The position numbers and the translations under genes are program-made. Positions 50,016 to 59,623 of a stretch of 64,000 nucleotides of DNA are shown in pieces. The first letter of the stretch is position 1, and each line of letters opens with the position of its first letter. The notes under the pieces are model-generated. The model made no database searches, was not told the origin of the DNA, and saw only the letters and a program-made list of their open reading frames with translations. The stretch is from Methylomonas sp. (GTDB taxonomy: Bacteria; Pseudomonadota; Gammaproteobacteria; Methylococcales; Methylomonadaceae). The stretch covers positions 11,869 through 75,868 of the forward strand of contig JALSLW010000001.1 in the NCBI GenBank assembly GCA_026988155.1, in the 5' to 3' direction.

Positions 50016-50182
50016 TAGTTATCAACCCTCGGGTACGCATAATGCACTTTACTCTTGTCGATTTTTTGGCTGTTGCTATGCAAAGGTGTCTTCAGACATG
50101 GTAAATCGTTGTTTCACTAATCTAGGCGGCTGGATGCAAATCCTCAATTTCCTAGCATCATATTCTTTAGGAGAACTTAATC

Positions 50183-51358
50183 ATGTCTGATTTGCCAAAG
50201 GACTTTAATTCTTTACTGTTAAATGTACAAAAAACCGCAATGGAAATAGCGGCTATCCATGCACCTGATGTTGATGAAAATGCACGCTTTCCTATTGAAA
50301 CCATAGCCGCATTAAAAAGCAGTAAAGCCTTGTCTGCCCCAATTCCTAAAGAACTTGGCGGGTTAGGATGCACTTTAAAGCAACTGGCTCAGTTATGCTC
50401 CACCATTTCAGCTGCTTGCGGCTCCAGCGGCATGGTCTTGGCCATGCATTATATTAAATTAGCCTGTATCGTAAGGCATGCTCACGAAGATGTCTTTTTT
50501 AAGCATTATTTGCAAGAGATTGTTGAGCACCAATATTTATTGGCATCAATTACGTCTGAAGTAGGAACCTATGGCGATACTCGTTCCAGCATCTGTGCAC
50601 TAGAGCGTAAAGAAGGACGCTTTATTCTCAATAAGCAGGCTACAACAGGGTCTTATTGTGCACATGCAGATGCAATTTTAGTCACTTGCCGAAGAGATAG
50701 CGAAGCACTCAGCAGCGAACAGATACTGGTTTTGGTTAAACCTGCCGATACAAGGTTAACTCAGACGACTTCCTGGGACACAATGGGCATGCGCGGCACC
50801 TGTAGTCCTGGCTTTAACCTGGAAGCTGAGGGCTGTGAGGAGCAAGTGCTGCCCGACAGCTTTGCTGAAATCGCAGCTCAGACAATGGTGCCGTACTCCC
50901 ATATACTTTGGTCTGCATTATGGTGGGGGATTGCAAATGGTGCCGTACATAAAGCGGCCACTTTTGTTCGTACTCAGGCAAGAAAAACGCCAGGAACCAT
51001 GCCGCCAAGTGCAACCCGTCTGGCTGAGGCGAATGTGCAGCTGCAGTCAGTCAAAAATAATTGGCAGACATTAGCCTCTGAGTTTGATGAAATCTCTGCT
51101 TTATCTGATGCCAGGGAAAAATTGCAAGATTTAGGCTGGGCATTAAAAATGAATAATTTAAAGATCAGTACCTCTGACCAGGCACCGCAGATTGTCCATA
51201 AGGCATTGCAGATACTGGGATTGCAAGGCTATAAAAATGACAGCAAATACAGTTTAAGCCGTGAATACCGTGACGCTTTATCGGGATCACTGATGATTTC
51301 AAATGACAGGATTGCCGGTAAAAGCGCAGCCTTGCTAATGATTTATAAAGATGCCTGA
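50183..51358 (+). CDS. Acyl-CoA dehydrogenase-family flavoprotein
   Basis: Three-domain ACAD layout at 391 aa. Recognisable segments include ...GGLGCTLKQLAQLCSTISAACGSSGMVLAMH... and ...DTMGMRGTCSPGF..., plus a C-terminal helical domain. Confidence 0.8.
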   Translation: MSDLPKDFNSLLLNVQKTAMEIAAIHAPDVDENARFPIETIAALKSSKALSAPIPKELGGLGCTLKQLAQLCSTISAACGSSGMVLAMHYIKLACIVRHAHEDVFFKHYLQEIVEHQYLLASITSEVGTYGDTRSSICALERKEGRFILNKQATTGSYCAHADAILVTCRRDSEALSSEQILVLVKPADTRLTQTTSWDTMGMRGTCSPGFNLEAEGCEEQVLPDSFAEIAAQTMVPYSHILWSALWWGIANGAVHKAATFVRTQARKTPGTMPPSATRLAEANVQLQSVKNNWQTLASEFDEISALSDAREKLQDLGWALKMNNLKISTSDQAPQIVHKALQILGLQGYKNDSKYSLSREYRDALSGSLMISNDRIAGKSAALLMIYKDA

Positions 51359-51381
51359 CACCCCTTCTGGAGAATATATAA

Positions 51382-52299
51382 ATGAAAGATGATGCTGAAT
51401 ACAAGGAATTTTACGAGGGTATGGTTGAGAAGGGACTGATCATTCCGACAGGTGTGAAAGGAACTTTTGGACGAGGCAAACTATTTGAAGAAGTGGTTCA
51501 ATGTTTCAATGACTTGGTCACTCGGATAGCCGAAAATGATAATGCTGATGTATGTTTTTTTCCACCGGTCATAGATCGTAAAATCATGGAAAAAGTGCAT
51601 TATCTGGAAACATTCCCCCATCTTTGCGGTTCTGTTCACAGTTTTTTCGGTTCAGAGCGTGACGCACGGCAGCTTGCAGAAGAAGCAGAAAAAGGTGGAA
51701 AATGGGGGGATCTGTTAGAGCAGACAGATGTAGTGCTTAGCCCGGCAGCCTGCTATCCGGTGTACCCAACTTTAACTGGAACAGTTCCTGCTGATGGCCG
51801 TCTAGTGACTGTCTTTAATTGGGTTTATCGTCATGAGCCTTCTGATGAGCCTACACGGCTTCAGTCTTTTCGGATGCGTGAATTTATCCGCATTGGTACG
51901 CCAGAGCAAGTGGTGCCATGGCGCGATATGTGGCTGCAGCGCGGGCTGGATATTTTGCACTCGCTTAAGCTTCCTGCTACTTCTGATGTTGCTTCTGATC
52001 CATTTTTTGGACGTGGCGGCAAAATGCGTTCAATCAGTCAGCGCGATCAAAAATTTAAATTTGAGGTTTTAATTCCGGTTATTTCCACCACAGAACCTAC
52101 AGCAGTCTGTTCATTTAATTACCATCATAATCATTTTGGCACTGCCTTTGATATCTTTACAGAAGACGGCCAAATTGCTCACACTGCCTGTATGGGGTTT
52201 GGTATGGAGCGGGTCGCCATGGCACTTTTTAAAACGCATGGACTAGACCACAGCAAATGGCCTGCTGAAGTGCGCGATCTATTATGGCCTAATACTTAA
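51382..52299 (+). CDS. Truncated class II aaRS-like protein: candidate amino acid:[carrier protein] ligase
   Basis: At 305 aa it has no tRNA-binding arm. Class II motif 2-like is SFRMREFIRIG and motif 3-like is GFGMERVAMALF. Conserved Cys residues (PAACYPVYP, AVCSFNYH) sit where atypical SerRS-like enzymes bind zinc. A small carrier-protein gene lies two genes downstream. Confidence 0.7.
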   Translation: MKDDAEYKEFYEGMVEKGLIIPTGVKGTFGRGKLFEEVVQCFNDLVTRIAENDNADVCFFPPVIDRKIMEKVHYLETFPHLCGSVHSFFGSERDARQLAEEAEKGGKWGDLLEQTDVVLSPAACYPVYPTLTGTVPADGRLVTVFNWVYRHEPSDEPTRLQSFRMREFIRIGTPEQVVPWRDMWLQRGLDILHSLKLPATSDVASDPFFGRGGKMRSISQRDQKFKFEVLIPVISTTEPTAVCSFNYHHNHFGTAFDIFTEDGQIAHTACMGFGMERVAMALFKTHGLDHSKWPAEVRDLLWPNT

Positions 52300-52307
52300 A
52301 TGCCCTT

Positions 52308-53300
52308 ATGTCTCAGTATAATATTTTACCTGCATTAACCCCGGATAATTTCCAGCCACACGCTTTGCATAGCGATAAATACACCTGGGTAGAAAAAAAC
52401 TGCTACGTCGATCTGTATATAGAAATTATACATGCATTTAATATGGATCCTTGCGCTATGCTGCCGTTTACTGTTGCCAGCGATTTTTCCGGCGATCAAT
52501 GGACTTTTTTTAAACCGCAGATTTCTGAAATACGTGATTTATATGGAATAGATATTCAGGAAATGAGCCACTGGCGTACTTTATTAGAGCATGCTGTTGA
52601 GCATACGGGCAGTGGTCGGATTATAGGGGTAGAGGTTGACTCCTACTGGCTGCCTGATACGGCAGCCACCGATTATCATATGCATCATGGAAAAACAACG
52701 ATTGCTATTATTAAACTGGATATTGAAAACGAACAGTTGCACTACTTTCATAATGCCGGTTTTTATAAATTGTGCGGTGAAGATTTTAGACAAATTTTTA
52801 AAATAGGCATTGCTATTCCGGAAGACTACTTGCCTCCGTATGCCGAATTAATTCATCTAGAATCCCTTGTCAGGCACTCGTCTGAGACATTGGCTGAGAT
52901 ATCCTATGTACTGTTGCAAAAATATGTAAGATTGCGTCCGAAAGAAAACCCCATTCAGCGCTATGCCATGAAGTTTGCCAATGACTTGCCCTATATTCAA
53001 GAGCAAGGCCTCGATTATTATCATTTGTGGGCATTTAACAATACCCGTCAGCTCGGTGCTTCTTTTGAACTGGCGGCGACAAATTTACACTGGTTAACCG
53101 AGGCTAAGATGGCCGACTTTACCCCGGCAATTAACAGTTTTAATAAGATATCTGACAGCAATAAAGCATTAATTTTAAAAGTGGCCAGAGCTGTTAATAA
53201 AAAACGCCCCCTTGATTTAAGTGAGACCTTTGAACAAATGGCAAACGACTGGGAGCAAGGGATGCAGTGTTTAGTAAACACATTGGATATTTTAGATTAA
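52308..53300 (+). CDS. Conserved hypothetical protein (possibly DUF1839 family; assignment from memory only)
   Basis: 330 aa, tightly packed between the ligase and carrier-protein genes, with no catalytic motif that I can name. Confidence 0.55.
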   Translation: MSQYNILPALTPDNFQPHALHSDKYTWVEKNCYVDLYIEIIHAFNMDPCAMLPFTVASDFSGDQWTFFKPQISEIRDLYGIDIQEMSHWRTLLEHAVEHTGSGRIIGVEVDSYWLPDTAATDYHMHHGKTTIAIIKLDIENEQLHYFHNAGFYKLCGEDFRQIFKIGIAIPEDYLPPYAELIHLESLVRHSSETLAEISYVLLQKYVRLRPKENPIQRYAMKFANDLPYIQEQGLDYYHLWAFNNTRQLGASFELAATNLHWLTEAKMADFTPAINSFNKISDSNKALILKVARAVNKKRPLDLSETFEQMANDWEQGMQCLVNTLDILD

Positions 53301-53325
53301 AAAAACATTTTAGGAGAAAATTATA

Positions 53326-53580
53326 ATGGCAAATACTGAATCTATTGATTCTCAAATTATCCAAATTATAGCGGATCATGCCAAATTGGCGATTGATGTA
53401 AAAGATCTGGGCATTGATGATAATCTATATTCATCGGGGATGACATCCCTATCTAGTGTGAATGTAATGCTCGCCCTGGAAGATGCTTTTGACTTGGAAT
53501 TTCCGGACCGGATGCTGAACGTTCAAGTTTTTAGCTGTGTAGGCTCTATTCGTGAAGCTATACTAGAATTAACAGCATAA
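53326..53580 (+). CDS. Small acyl/peptidyl carrier protein
   Basis: 84 aa with a four-helix pattern. The phosphopantetheine-site context is DDNLYSSGMTSLSSVNVMLALEDAFDLEFP. Confidence 0.8.
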   Translation: MANTESIDSQIIQIIADHAKLAIDVKDLGIDDNLYSSGMTSLSSVNVMLALEDAFDLEFPDRMLNVQVFSCVGSIREAILELTA

Positions 53581-53589
53581 TTCCTTGGC

Positions 53590-56151
53590 ATGTACTATCA
53601 GCTAAACAGCTCAGCTCCCCGCATTCAGCTGGATAAAAACTGGCGGCTTTATTCAGCCCCGGCGGAACAGATAGCTAACCCAAGCCAGTTATTAAGCAGC
53701 TTTAACTGGAAAGCCATTCATGGATTAGGGCCAGCCAGTGCAATGCTTAGAGATCTAGGTGAATGGACGGTTGATGATAATGCCGTCGATTTTGATGCGC
53801 TGGACTGGTTTTATAAATTAGAATTTGATTTGCCCAGCCATCAAACAGGTGATTCGGTCATTTTAGGTCTTGATGGTTTGGCAACCTTTGCAGAGGTCTG
53901 GCTAAACAATGAAGCGATTTTGCATAGCGACAATATGTTTCATTCACATCAGCTAGATATTGGTAGCAATGTTTTAGCTGCAGGCAATGAATTAATCATA
54001 GCTTTTCGCTCAGTAGGACAGCTGCTTAAAAAGCGCCGGCCCAGACCGCGATGGCGTTCCCCCATGATGTCGCATCAGCAGCTACGCTGGATTCGTACTA
54101 CAGTTTTAGGACGTGCTCCAGGGTGGACTCCGCCCTACGCAACTGTTGGTCCCTGGCAGCCTATATGGATACAGCGGCAACCCAAGCTTGCCATCTCCTC
54201 ATTGCAATTGCAGGCTAGTGTTGATTCCGGAGTCGGCATCGTTAATATTCTATGTCAGTTTGAGGGTTTTACCCAACCCTATAAACCAGCAGATTTCCAA
54301 GTAGAATTAATTCTACAGAATGAGCAGGGGCAGTGGATTATCCCGTTAGAGCTGGATGCGAACGCCAATATCTTTTCAGCTTACTATCAGCTTGAGCAAG
54401 TTAGGCTTTGGTGGCCTCATACTCATGGCAGTCAGGCACTGTACTCCGCAAAACTTCGCGTTATTCCAAATGCCGGATCAAAAGCCATGGAATTTAAGTT
54501 GGGCGCCTTGGGTTTTAGAACTGTTCATGTTGAACGCAAGCAGGGCAGCTTTTCTGTAAATATCAATGGCACTTCCACCTTTTGTCGAGGGGCCAGCTGG
54601 ATGCCGCTTGACCCGGTCAGCTTGCAGGCAACAGAAGAAGATTATTTAGCAGTATTAATGCAAGTTAAGCGGGCAGGCATGAATATGCTGCGTATTTCTG
54701 GAACCAGCTGCTATGAGTCTGATTTGTTTTTTAGCCTATGCGACCAGCTTGGCATTTTGGTTTGGCAAGAATTTATGTTCGCCGGGATGGATTATCCCGA
54801 TGACGCAGAATTTATTGCCTCAGTACAGCTGGAAGTACAGCAGCAGTTGGTACGTTGGCAAACGCATCCCTCTGTTACTGTGATCTGCGGAAATTCAGAA
54901 GTAGAGCAGCAGGCTGCTATGTGGGGAGCTGACCGGTCATTATGGCAGACGGCTTTGTTTCATGAAAAGCTGCCAAAATGGACAAAAGAATGGTGTCCTG
55001 GAGCGTTCTATTGGCCTTCGGCAACTCATGACGGTGCATTTCCACACCAATGCGACACTGGAACTGCTTTTTATTATGGGTTTGGAGCCTATCTTAAATC
55101 CTTTGAAGATACACGGCTCTCCAATTTACGCTTTGCAACAGAATGCCTGGCAATAGCCAATATTCCCGAGTCGGAAAATTTAAAATTACTGCCTGGCGAT
55201 GCCCAGGTAATTCCCAAAGTCCATCACCCCAGCTGGAAATCCCGTTCACCAAGAGACCTTGGCGGTGCCGGCTGGGATTTTGATGACGTTCGTGATTATT
55301 ATTTAGCGCAATATTTTAACATTGACCCCTTACAGCTGCGTTATACGGATTATCAGCGCTATCTTATGCTGAGCAAGGTAGTCAGCGGGGAAATGATGGC
55401 TGGAGCCTATAATGAATGGCGCTCTTCAATGTCTTTATGCCAGGGCGCATTGATTTGGTTTTTACGTGACCTCTGGCCAAGTGCCGGCTGGGGCGTTATA
55501 GATAGCCAAGGACAGCCAAAAAGCACCTACTACTATCTTAAGCGGGCATTACAGCCAATTTCGGTATCTTTATCAGATGAAGGCAGCAACGGCTATTACG
55601 TCCATATCATTAATGAGTGTCCTGAGCCTATAACGGTAACAGCCGAGGTGCAGGCATATCAGACAGGACAAACTCTTGTGGCGAATGCATCACGAACTAT
55701 TAAACTTGCCGGCCGTGAAAATTTATCGCAGCCGCTTGCTCTCTGGTTTGACGGTTTTTTAGATCTAAACTACAGCTATCGATTTGGTCCTGCTTTTGCC
55801 GATAGCATTTATCTGCAGCTGAAAGCAGAAAATGGAGACTTACTGACAGAAACATTTGCTTTGCCGTTAGGGTTTTCTGGCATAGCTCAAAGCGATATAG
55901 GTCTGGAAGCTAAAATGTCTTCATTAGATAATGGCGATGTTGAAGTAGAAATAACGTGCCAGCGTTTAGCCTTGGCAGTACATTTTGAGGTTGAAGGCTT
56001 CACTGCAGATGATGCCTATTTTCATCTGGCACCTAAACATAGCAAAAAGGTTGTTTTGCATAACCAGCAGGCAGGGCGTAGAAGTTTATATGGCAGTTTA
56101 ACGGCTATAAATGCCCATGTTTCTATTCCTCTGTCTTTTACTGCAGAGTAA
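53590..56151 (+). CDS. Glycoside hydrolase family 2 protein (beta-mannosidase-like)
   Basis: Contains AEVWLNNEAILHSDNMF, NMLRISGTSCYESDLFFSLCDQLGILVWQEFMFA, CGNSEVEQ (acid/base NE) and FATECLA (nucleophile-region Glu). There is no obvious signal peptide. Confidence 0.82.
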   Translation: MYYQLNSSAPRIQLDKNWRLYSAPAEQIANPSQLLSSFNWKAIHGLGPASAMLRDLGEWTVDDNAVDFDALDWFYKLEFDLPSHQTGDSVILGLDGLATFAEVWLNNEAILHSDNMFHSHQLDIGSNVLAAGNELIIAFRSVGQLLKKRRPRPRWRSPMMSHQQLRWIRTTVLGRAPGWTPPYATVGPWQPIWIQRQPKLAISSLQLQASVDSGVGIVNILCQFEGFTQPYKPADFQVELILQNEQGQWIIPLELDANANIFSAYYQLEQVRLWWPHTHGSQALYSAKLRVIPNAGSKAMEFKLGALGFRTVHVERKQGSFSVNINGTSTFCRGASWMPLDPVSLQATEEDYLAVLMQVKRAGMNMLRISGTSCYESDLFFSLCDQLGILVWQEFMFAGMDYPDDAEFIASVQLEVQQQLVRWQTHPSVTVICGNSEVEQQAAMWGADRSLWQTALFHEKLPKWTKEWCPGAFYWPSATHDGAFPHQCDTGTAFYYGFGAYLKSFEDTRLSNLRFATECLAIANIPESENLKLLPGDAQVIPKVHHPSWKSRSPRDLGGAGWDFDDVRDYYLAQYFNIDPLQLRYTDYQRYLMLSKVVSGEMMAGAYNEWRSSMSLCQGALIWFLRDLWPSAGWGVIDSQGQPKSTYYYLKRALQPISVSLSDEGSNGYYVHIINECPEPITVTAEVQAYQTGQTLVANASRTIKLAGRENLSQPLALWFDGFLDLNYSYRFGPAFADSIYLQLKAENGDLLTETFALPLGFSGIAQSDIGLEAKMSSLDNGDVEVEITCQRLALAVHFEVEGFTADDAYFHLAPKHSKKVVLHNQQAGRRSLYGSLTAINAHVSIPLSFTAE

Positions 56152-56629
56152 GAAAAAATTGGTCGAGGTGTTTTTTTGCAGCTTTTAGCTTGAACATAAC
56201 CCACCAATATCGGGTACCCCAAAAAGACTCTTTAAGGCTGTAATGTTTATATATTTCTTTTTTTACAGTCCACCGGCTAATCAGCCCTGCTGAAAAAGTA
56301 ACCAAATCTCCCTTTTTTAATAGTACCCCCTTGCTTTCCGGGACTCCCTCAGGCCTTACAAGGACTTCGCCCGCTAAAATATAGGCAGTTTCTTCCCCCG
56401 AAAAGTACCAGGTAAACTCAGAAATTTCTTTACGCCATGTAGGCCAGTGGGAAACATCAAGTTCTTCCAATTGCGCCTGACTTGGATTATGTATAACCTT
56501 AATGCTTTCGAATATGTTTGAAGATGTTTTCTGAATGTTACGATCAGTAGATAAAGCATTTGAAATATTTCCTAAGCATAAAAAACAGATAAGGCAATAA
56601 TCCAAAATATTCTTAAATTTGCACAGCAT
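56138..56629 (-). CDS. Cupin-domain protein (DUF861/cupin_3-like) with N-terminal signal-like segment
   Basis: WPTWRKEISEFTWYFSGEETAYILAGEVLVRPEG...GDLVTFSAGLISRWTV. The 3' end overlaps the convergent GH2 gene by 14 nt. Confidence 0.7.
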   Translation of the reverse strand: MLCKFKNILDYCLICFLCLGNISNALSTDRNIQKTSSNIFESIKVIHNPSQAQLEELDVSHWPTWRKEISEFTWYFSGEETAYILAGEVLVRPEGVPESKGVLLKKGDLVTFSAGLISRWTVKKEIYKHYSLKESFWGTRYWWVMFKLKAAKKHLDQFFLTLQ

Positions 56630-56654
56630 ATGAAAAGTGTTTAGTTGTTATAAG

Positions 56655-58688
56655 TTACCTCTTAATACTAGTAGAAATATAAACAACCGGGAGTGTTACC
56701 TGAAACTCAGCACCAGGGTTTTTATTGATGACAGTAATTTTAGCCTGCATGGATTTAGCTAACTGGGCGACCAATGCCAGCCCAATACCCGTCCCAGAGG
56801 TTGTTCGGGTTAGCTCATTTTTAGGCCGATAAAATAAAGTAAATATTTTTTTTAGCTGGCTCTTTTTTATCCCTGGACCATAGTCACGGATAAAAAAAGC
56901 AACCTGCCTGCGTTTCTTTATGACTTTAAAGCCAATATCTATCTGCTTAATCTCGGCTTTGCTGGAAAATTTAATAGCATTATCCGCAAGGTTAATAATG
57001 ATTTGAAAAAAAGCATCCTCGTCTACTTTAATATCAGCAGTGGCATTATCCTCAGGCTGAATAATGTGTAGGATAAAAGAGGAGGCATCAATCTGTGCTT
57101 CAATTTTAAGGGCTATCTGATTTAATAATTGCTGTGCCGAGGCGTTGATCATTTCTGGCCTATGCTGCTGACCAAGGCGGGCAAGCTGCAGTACATTAGC
57201 AATGAGGCGAGATAAGCGCTCACTTTCAAAAAATATGTAGTCATAATAGGTCTGTTTTTTAGCATTATCAGCTACCCAGCCAGAACGCAGCATTTCTCCA
57301 TACATTCTTATCGAGGTCAGAGGCGTTTTAAGTTCATGGCTCACTGCTGAAATAAAATTTTGCTGCTGTTTAGCCAAATCAATCTGTTTACTGCCTAAAC
57401 GATAAAATGCGATAAAACCGATGAAGAATATGAAAAATAAAGATAATGCCAATAAATCAATCAATAAGGAGCCAGGCACATGCGCCAGTTTAGCCGCATT
57501 TACTATTAGCTCAAAATTGTGAAAAGGCATAGCCAAATGCCTTCTATACAGCTCAAACTCATGCTCTGAGGCATTAATGGAAATTTTCCGTATCAAATGA
57601 CTATTATCAGAAAACAGCAGACTGCTAAAAAGGCTGGCGTTAGCTAATGGCGAGGTAACAGCTTCTAAAAAGGCATCCCTTTTAACAATAAATCCCTGGG
57701 TATAGCGACTATTGGCATGCCAGACATAACGATAAAAACAAAAATAATCCCGCCCGATTAGCAATAGCTGCAAAGGAGTAACCTCACTTTCAAAACTAAG
57801 TACGCTAATAATGGACTTATCGGTTTTATGCAATGAAGGAGCAGGGCCAGCTATTTTCTGCTGGCTTTCCGGTACAGGTACAATATTTTGTCTGCCACGG
57901 TTAAAATAGCTGCCAGCCATGGTCTGATCGGGTAGCTGAACCATCTCTTTACGGGTGGTATATTTCCGTACTGTTTTACCATGTAGCCGTTGTTTGCTGA
58001 TGGTTTTTGATGAAAATGCCGTTTCATCATCAGACGTTTTCTTTTTCAACGGTAACTTATCGGCAGAAGAAAATGCTTTTTTAGTCATCGGTGACGACTG
58101 CTGTTTAAATTCTGCTATATAAGATGGCCTTTTTGCCATCGCTTCAGCTTTAGGTTCTTTATTTGTTGCTTCGCTAAAATTATTATTGTCAGCACGCTTC
58201 CTCTCTACCGTTGGGATCGACAATAAAGTACGTAATTTTTGTTTTAACAACAAACGGCTTTCAAGTTCCGAAAGGCTTAAGCCCGACAGATTGTCTTGTC
58301 CCACTTCAGGTAAAACAGGCAGATGAAATGAGCCATCGGTATTTATCTGAAAATAGCCTATTAGACCTTTAATATCAGTTTTAGGGAGCATCTCTGAAAG
58401 AGGAGAGAATTTAACGCCTTGGGATTCTGATATCAGAGGATTGGTCATTACATTAAAAAATTGATATTCAGCAATAGGACGTTTTTGTTCCGCTTCTAGC
58501 AAATGCTTTAGATTAAATTCAATTTGGTCAGCTAGCGTTTCTGCCTGATGGCGGGCATTAAAATAGGCTTCGTTTTCCAGCTTTGAATAGACAGTCTGCA
58601 ACAGGTAGTAAACAGGCAGGGATAATGTCAAAAAAAACAGGACTAATATCCAGCGCAAACGTTTTTTTTGCTTGTCTGAATTATTCAT
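56655..58688 (-). CDS. Sensor histidine kinase with large periplasmic domain
   Basis: Two TM helices flank a domain of about 380 aa. H-box is FISAVSHELKTPLTSIRMYGEML, with N-box NLADNAIKFS, G-box DYGPGI and GTGIGLALV. Confidence 0.88.
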   Translation of the reverse strand: MNNSDKQKKRLRWILVLFFLTLSLPVYYLLQTVYSKLENEAYFNARHQAETLADQIEFNLKHLLEAEQKRPIAEYQFFNVMTNPLISESQGVKFSPLSEMLPKTDIKGLIGYFQINTDGSFHLPVLPEVGQDNLSGLSLSELESRLLLKQKLRTLLSIPTVERKRADNNNFSEATNKEPKAEAMAKRPSYIAEFKQQSSPMTKKAFSSADKLPLKKKTSDDETAFSSKTISKQRLHGKTVRKYTTRKEMVQLPDQTMAGSYFNRGRQNIVPVPESQQKIAGPAPSLHKTDKSIISVLSFESEVTPLQLLLIGRDYFCFYRYVWHANSRYTQGFIVKRDAFLEAVTSPLANASLFSSLLFSDNSHLIRKISINASEHEFELYRRHLAMPFHNFELIVNAAKLAHVPGSLLIDLLALSLFFIFFIGFIAFYRLGSKQIDLAKQQQNFISAVSHELKTPLTSIRMYGEMLRSGWVADNAKKQTYYDYIFFESERLSRLIANVLQLARLGQQHRPEMINASAQQLLNQIALKIEAQIDASSFILHIIQPEDNATADIKVDEDAFFQIIINLADNAIKFSSKAEIKQIDIGFKVIKKRRQVAFFIRDYGPGIKKSQLKKIFTLFYRPKNELTRTTSGTGIGLALVAQLAKSMQAKITVINKNPGAEFQVTLPVVYISTSIKR

Positions 58689-59377
58689 CGGAGCAGTCGA
58701 TAGCCTTCACCGCGAACAGTCACTAACCATTTGGGCTGCTTGGGGTCGGATTCAATTTTTCGGCGCAATTTTGCAATATGAATATCCACAGTGCGGGTTT
58801 CTATGGCATCCGCCTGTCTGTAGCCCCATACGTGTTCCAGCAATTCATCCCTAGATACCGGGCGTTTTGAGTTGCTGTGCAAAAAACGTAAAATATCTAA
58901 TTCCCTGCGGGAAAAGTAACAGGGCGAATCTGAATTTATTTGTACCAAGTTAGCCATATCAATTTGAATGGAACCGACCTGAAAAATTGCGTTTTCATCT
59001 GATGGCTGATGATTTCTTTTTAACACCGCATTTACCCGCAAAACCAATTCCCTGACTGAAAAAGGCTTGGCAATATAGTCATCTGCTCCCAGCGTTAAGC
59101 CCATAATAATATCCTCTTCTGAAGACTTTGCTGTCAGCATAATAATGGGCTGGTTTTTATCCTGCTCCCGAATTTTATTGCAAATGGTAAAGCCATCAAC
59201 AGAAGGCAGCATAACATCCAATAAAATTAAGGCATAATTTCCGGTCAATGCTTTTTCCAAGCCCTGCTGTCCATCGGCTGCAGAATCAACAGTAAAGCCA
59301 TGGAAAACAAACACGTCTATCAGGCCTTGAAGAATGGCTTGTTCGTCTTCAACAATAAGCAGCTTAAGTTTGCACAT
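58685..59377 (-). CDS. OmpR-family response regulator
   Basis: Receiver domain (LLIVEDEQAILQGL, LILLDVMLPSVDG, AKPFSVREL) plus a winged helix (RTVDIHIAKLRRKIE...VRGEGYRL). It overlaps the kinase start. Confidence 0.9.
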   Translation of the reverse strand: MCKLKLLIVEDEQAILQGLIDVFVFHGFTVDSAADGQQGLEKALTGNYALILLDVMLPSVDGFTICNKIREQDKNQPIIMLTAKSSEEDIIMGLTLGADDYIAKPFSVRELVLRVNAVLKRNHQPSDENAIFQVGSIQIDMANLVQINSDSPCYFSRRELDILRFLHSNSKRPVSRDELLEHVWGYRQADAIETRTVDIHIAKLRRKIESDPKQPKWLVTVRGEGYRLLR

Positions 59378-59458
59378 TTATAGAAAAGTCTCAAGATATA
59401 AAAAATTCCGCATAATTCCAGACAATTACTTTTTTTGATGTTAGCCCAATACCAGTAA

Positions 59459-59560
59459 GTTAAGCGTTTTATAGAGCTGATTCAGCTAGGAGACGGGGCT
59501 TTAGCCCCGTATTTGTAGGGACTAAAGTTCCTCCTCCGAATGTTATGTGCTTAACTTAAC
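59459..59560. repeat. Structured ~100-bp repeat, left copy (inverted partner at 61218-61305)
   Basis: GTTAAGC...GGAGACGGGGCTTTAGCCCCGTATTTGTAGGGACTAAAGTTCCTCCTCC...GCTTAAC. It contains a perfect ACGGGGC/GCCCCGT hairpin and a second AGGGA/TCCCT-type hairpin. Confidence 0.8.
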
Positions 59561-59623
59561 GATATGGGGGGCTACCCTAGGTGACTGTGTTTTTCCAGAG
59601 TATAGTTTTGTTTGATCAAAAGT

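Noticed and set aside
49942-50190. An 82-aa ORF (MTEVATLKMDKKTSKIGGLFIASCLS...) in the ORF track.
   Set aside because: Its first ~25 codons are read straight through palindromic repeat copy C, and the same peptide would arise at every repeat copy. The remainder is short and overlaps the ACAD-like gene's ribosome-binding region. It is probably spurious.
56138-56151. A 14-nt overlap of the convergent 3' ends of the GH2 and cupin genes.
   Set aside because: Short convergent overlaps are common and need no special explanation. The alternative that one stop is misassigned cannot be excluded, but neither case is informative.
59459-59560. The left VWA-flanking repeat begins with GTTAAGC (a perfect GTTRRRY) and ends with GCTTAAC (a perfect RYYYAAC), which suggested an attC site on the far side of intI.
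   Set aside because: On either strand the order is GTTRRRY...RYYYAAC, the reverse of attC (RYYYAAC...GTTRRRY). The site is on the wrong side of intI, and the right-hand copy lacks both heptamers. I treat it as a structured repeat, not an attC.
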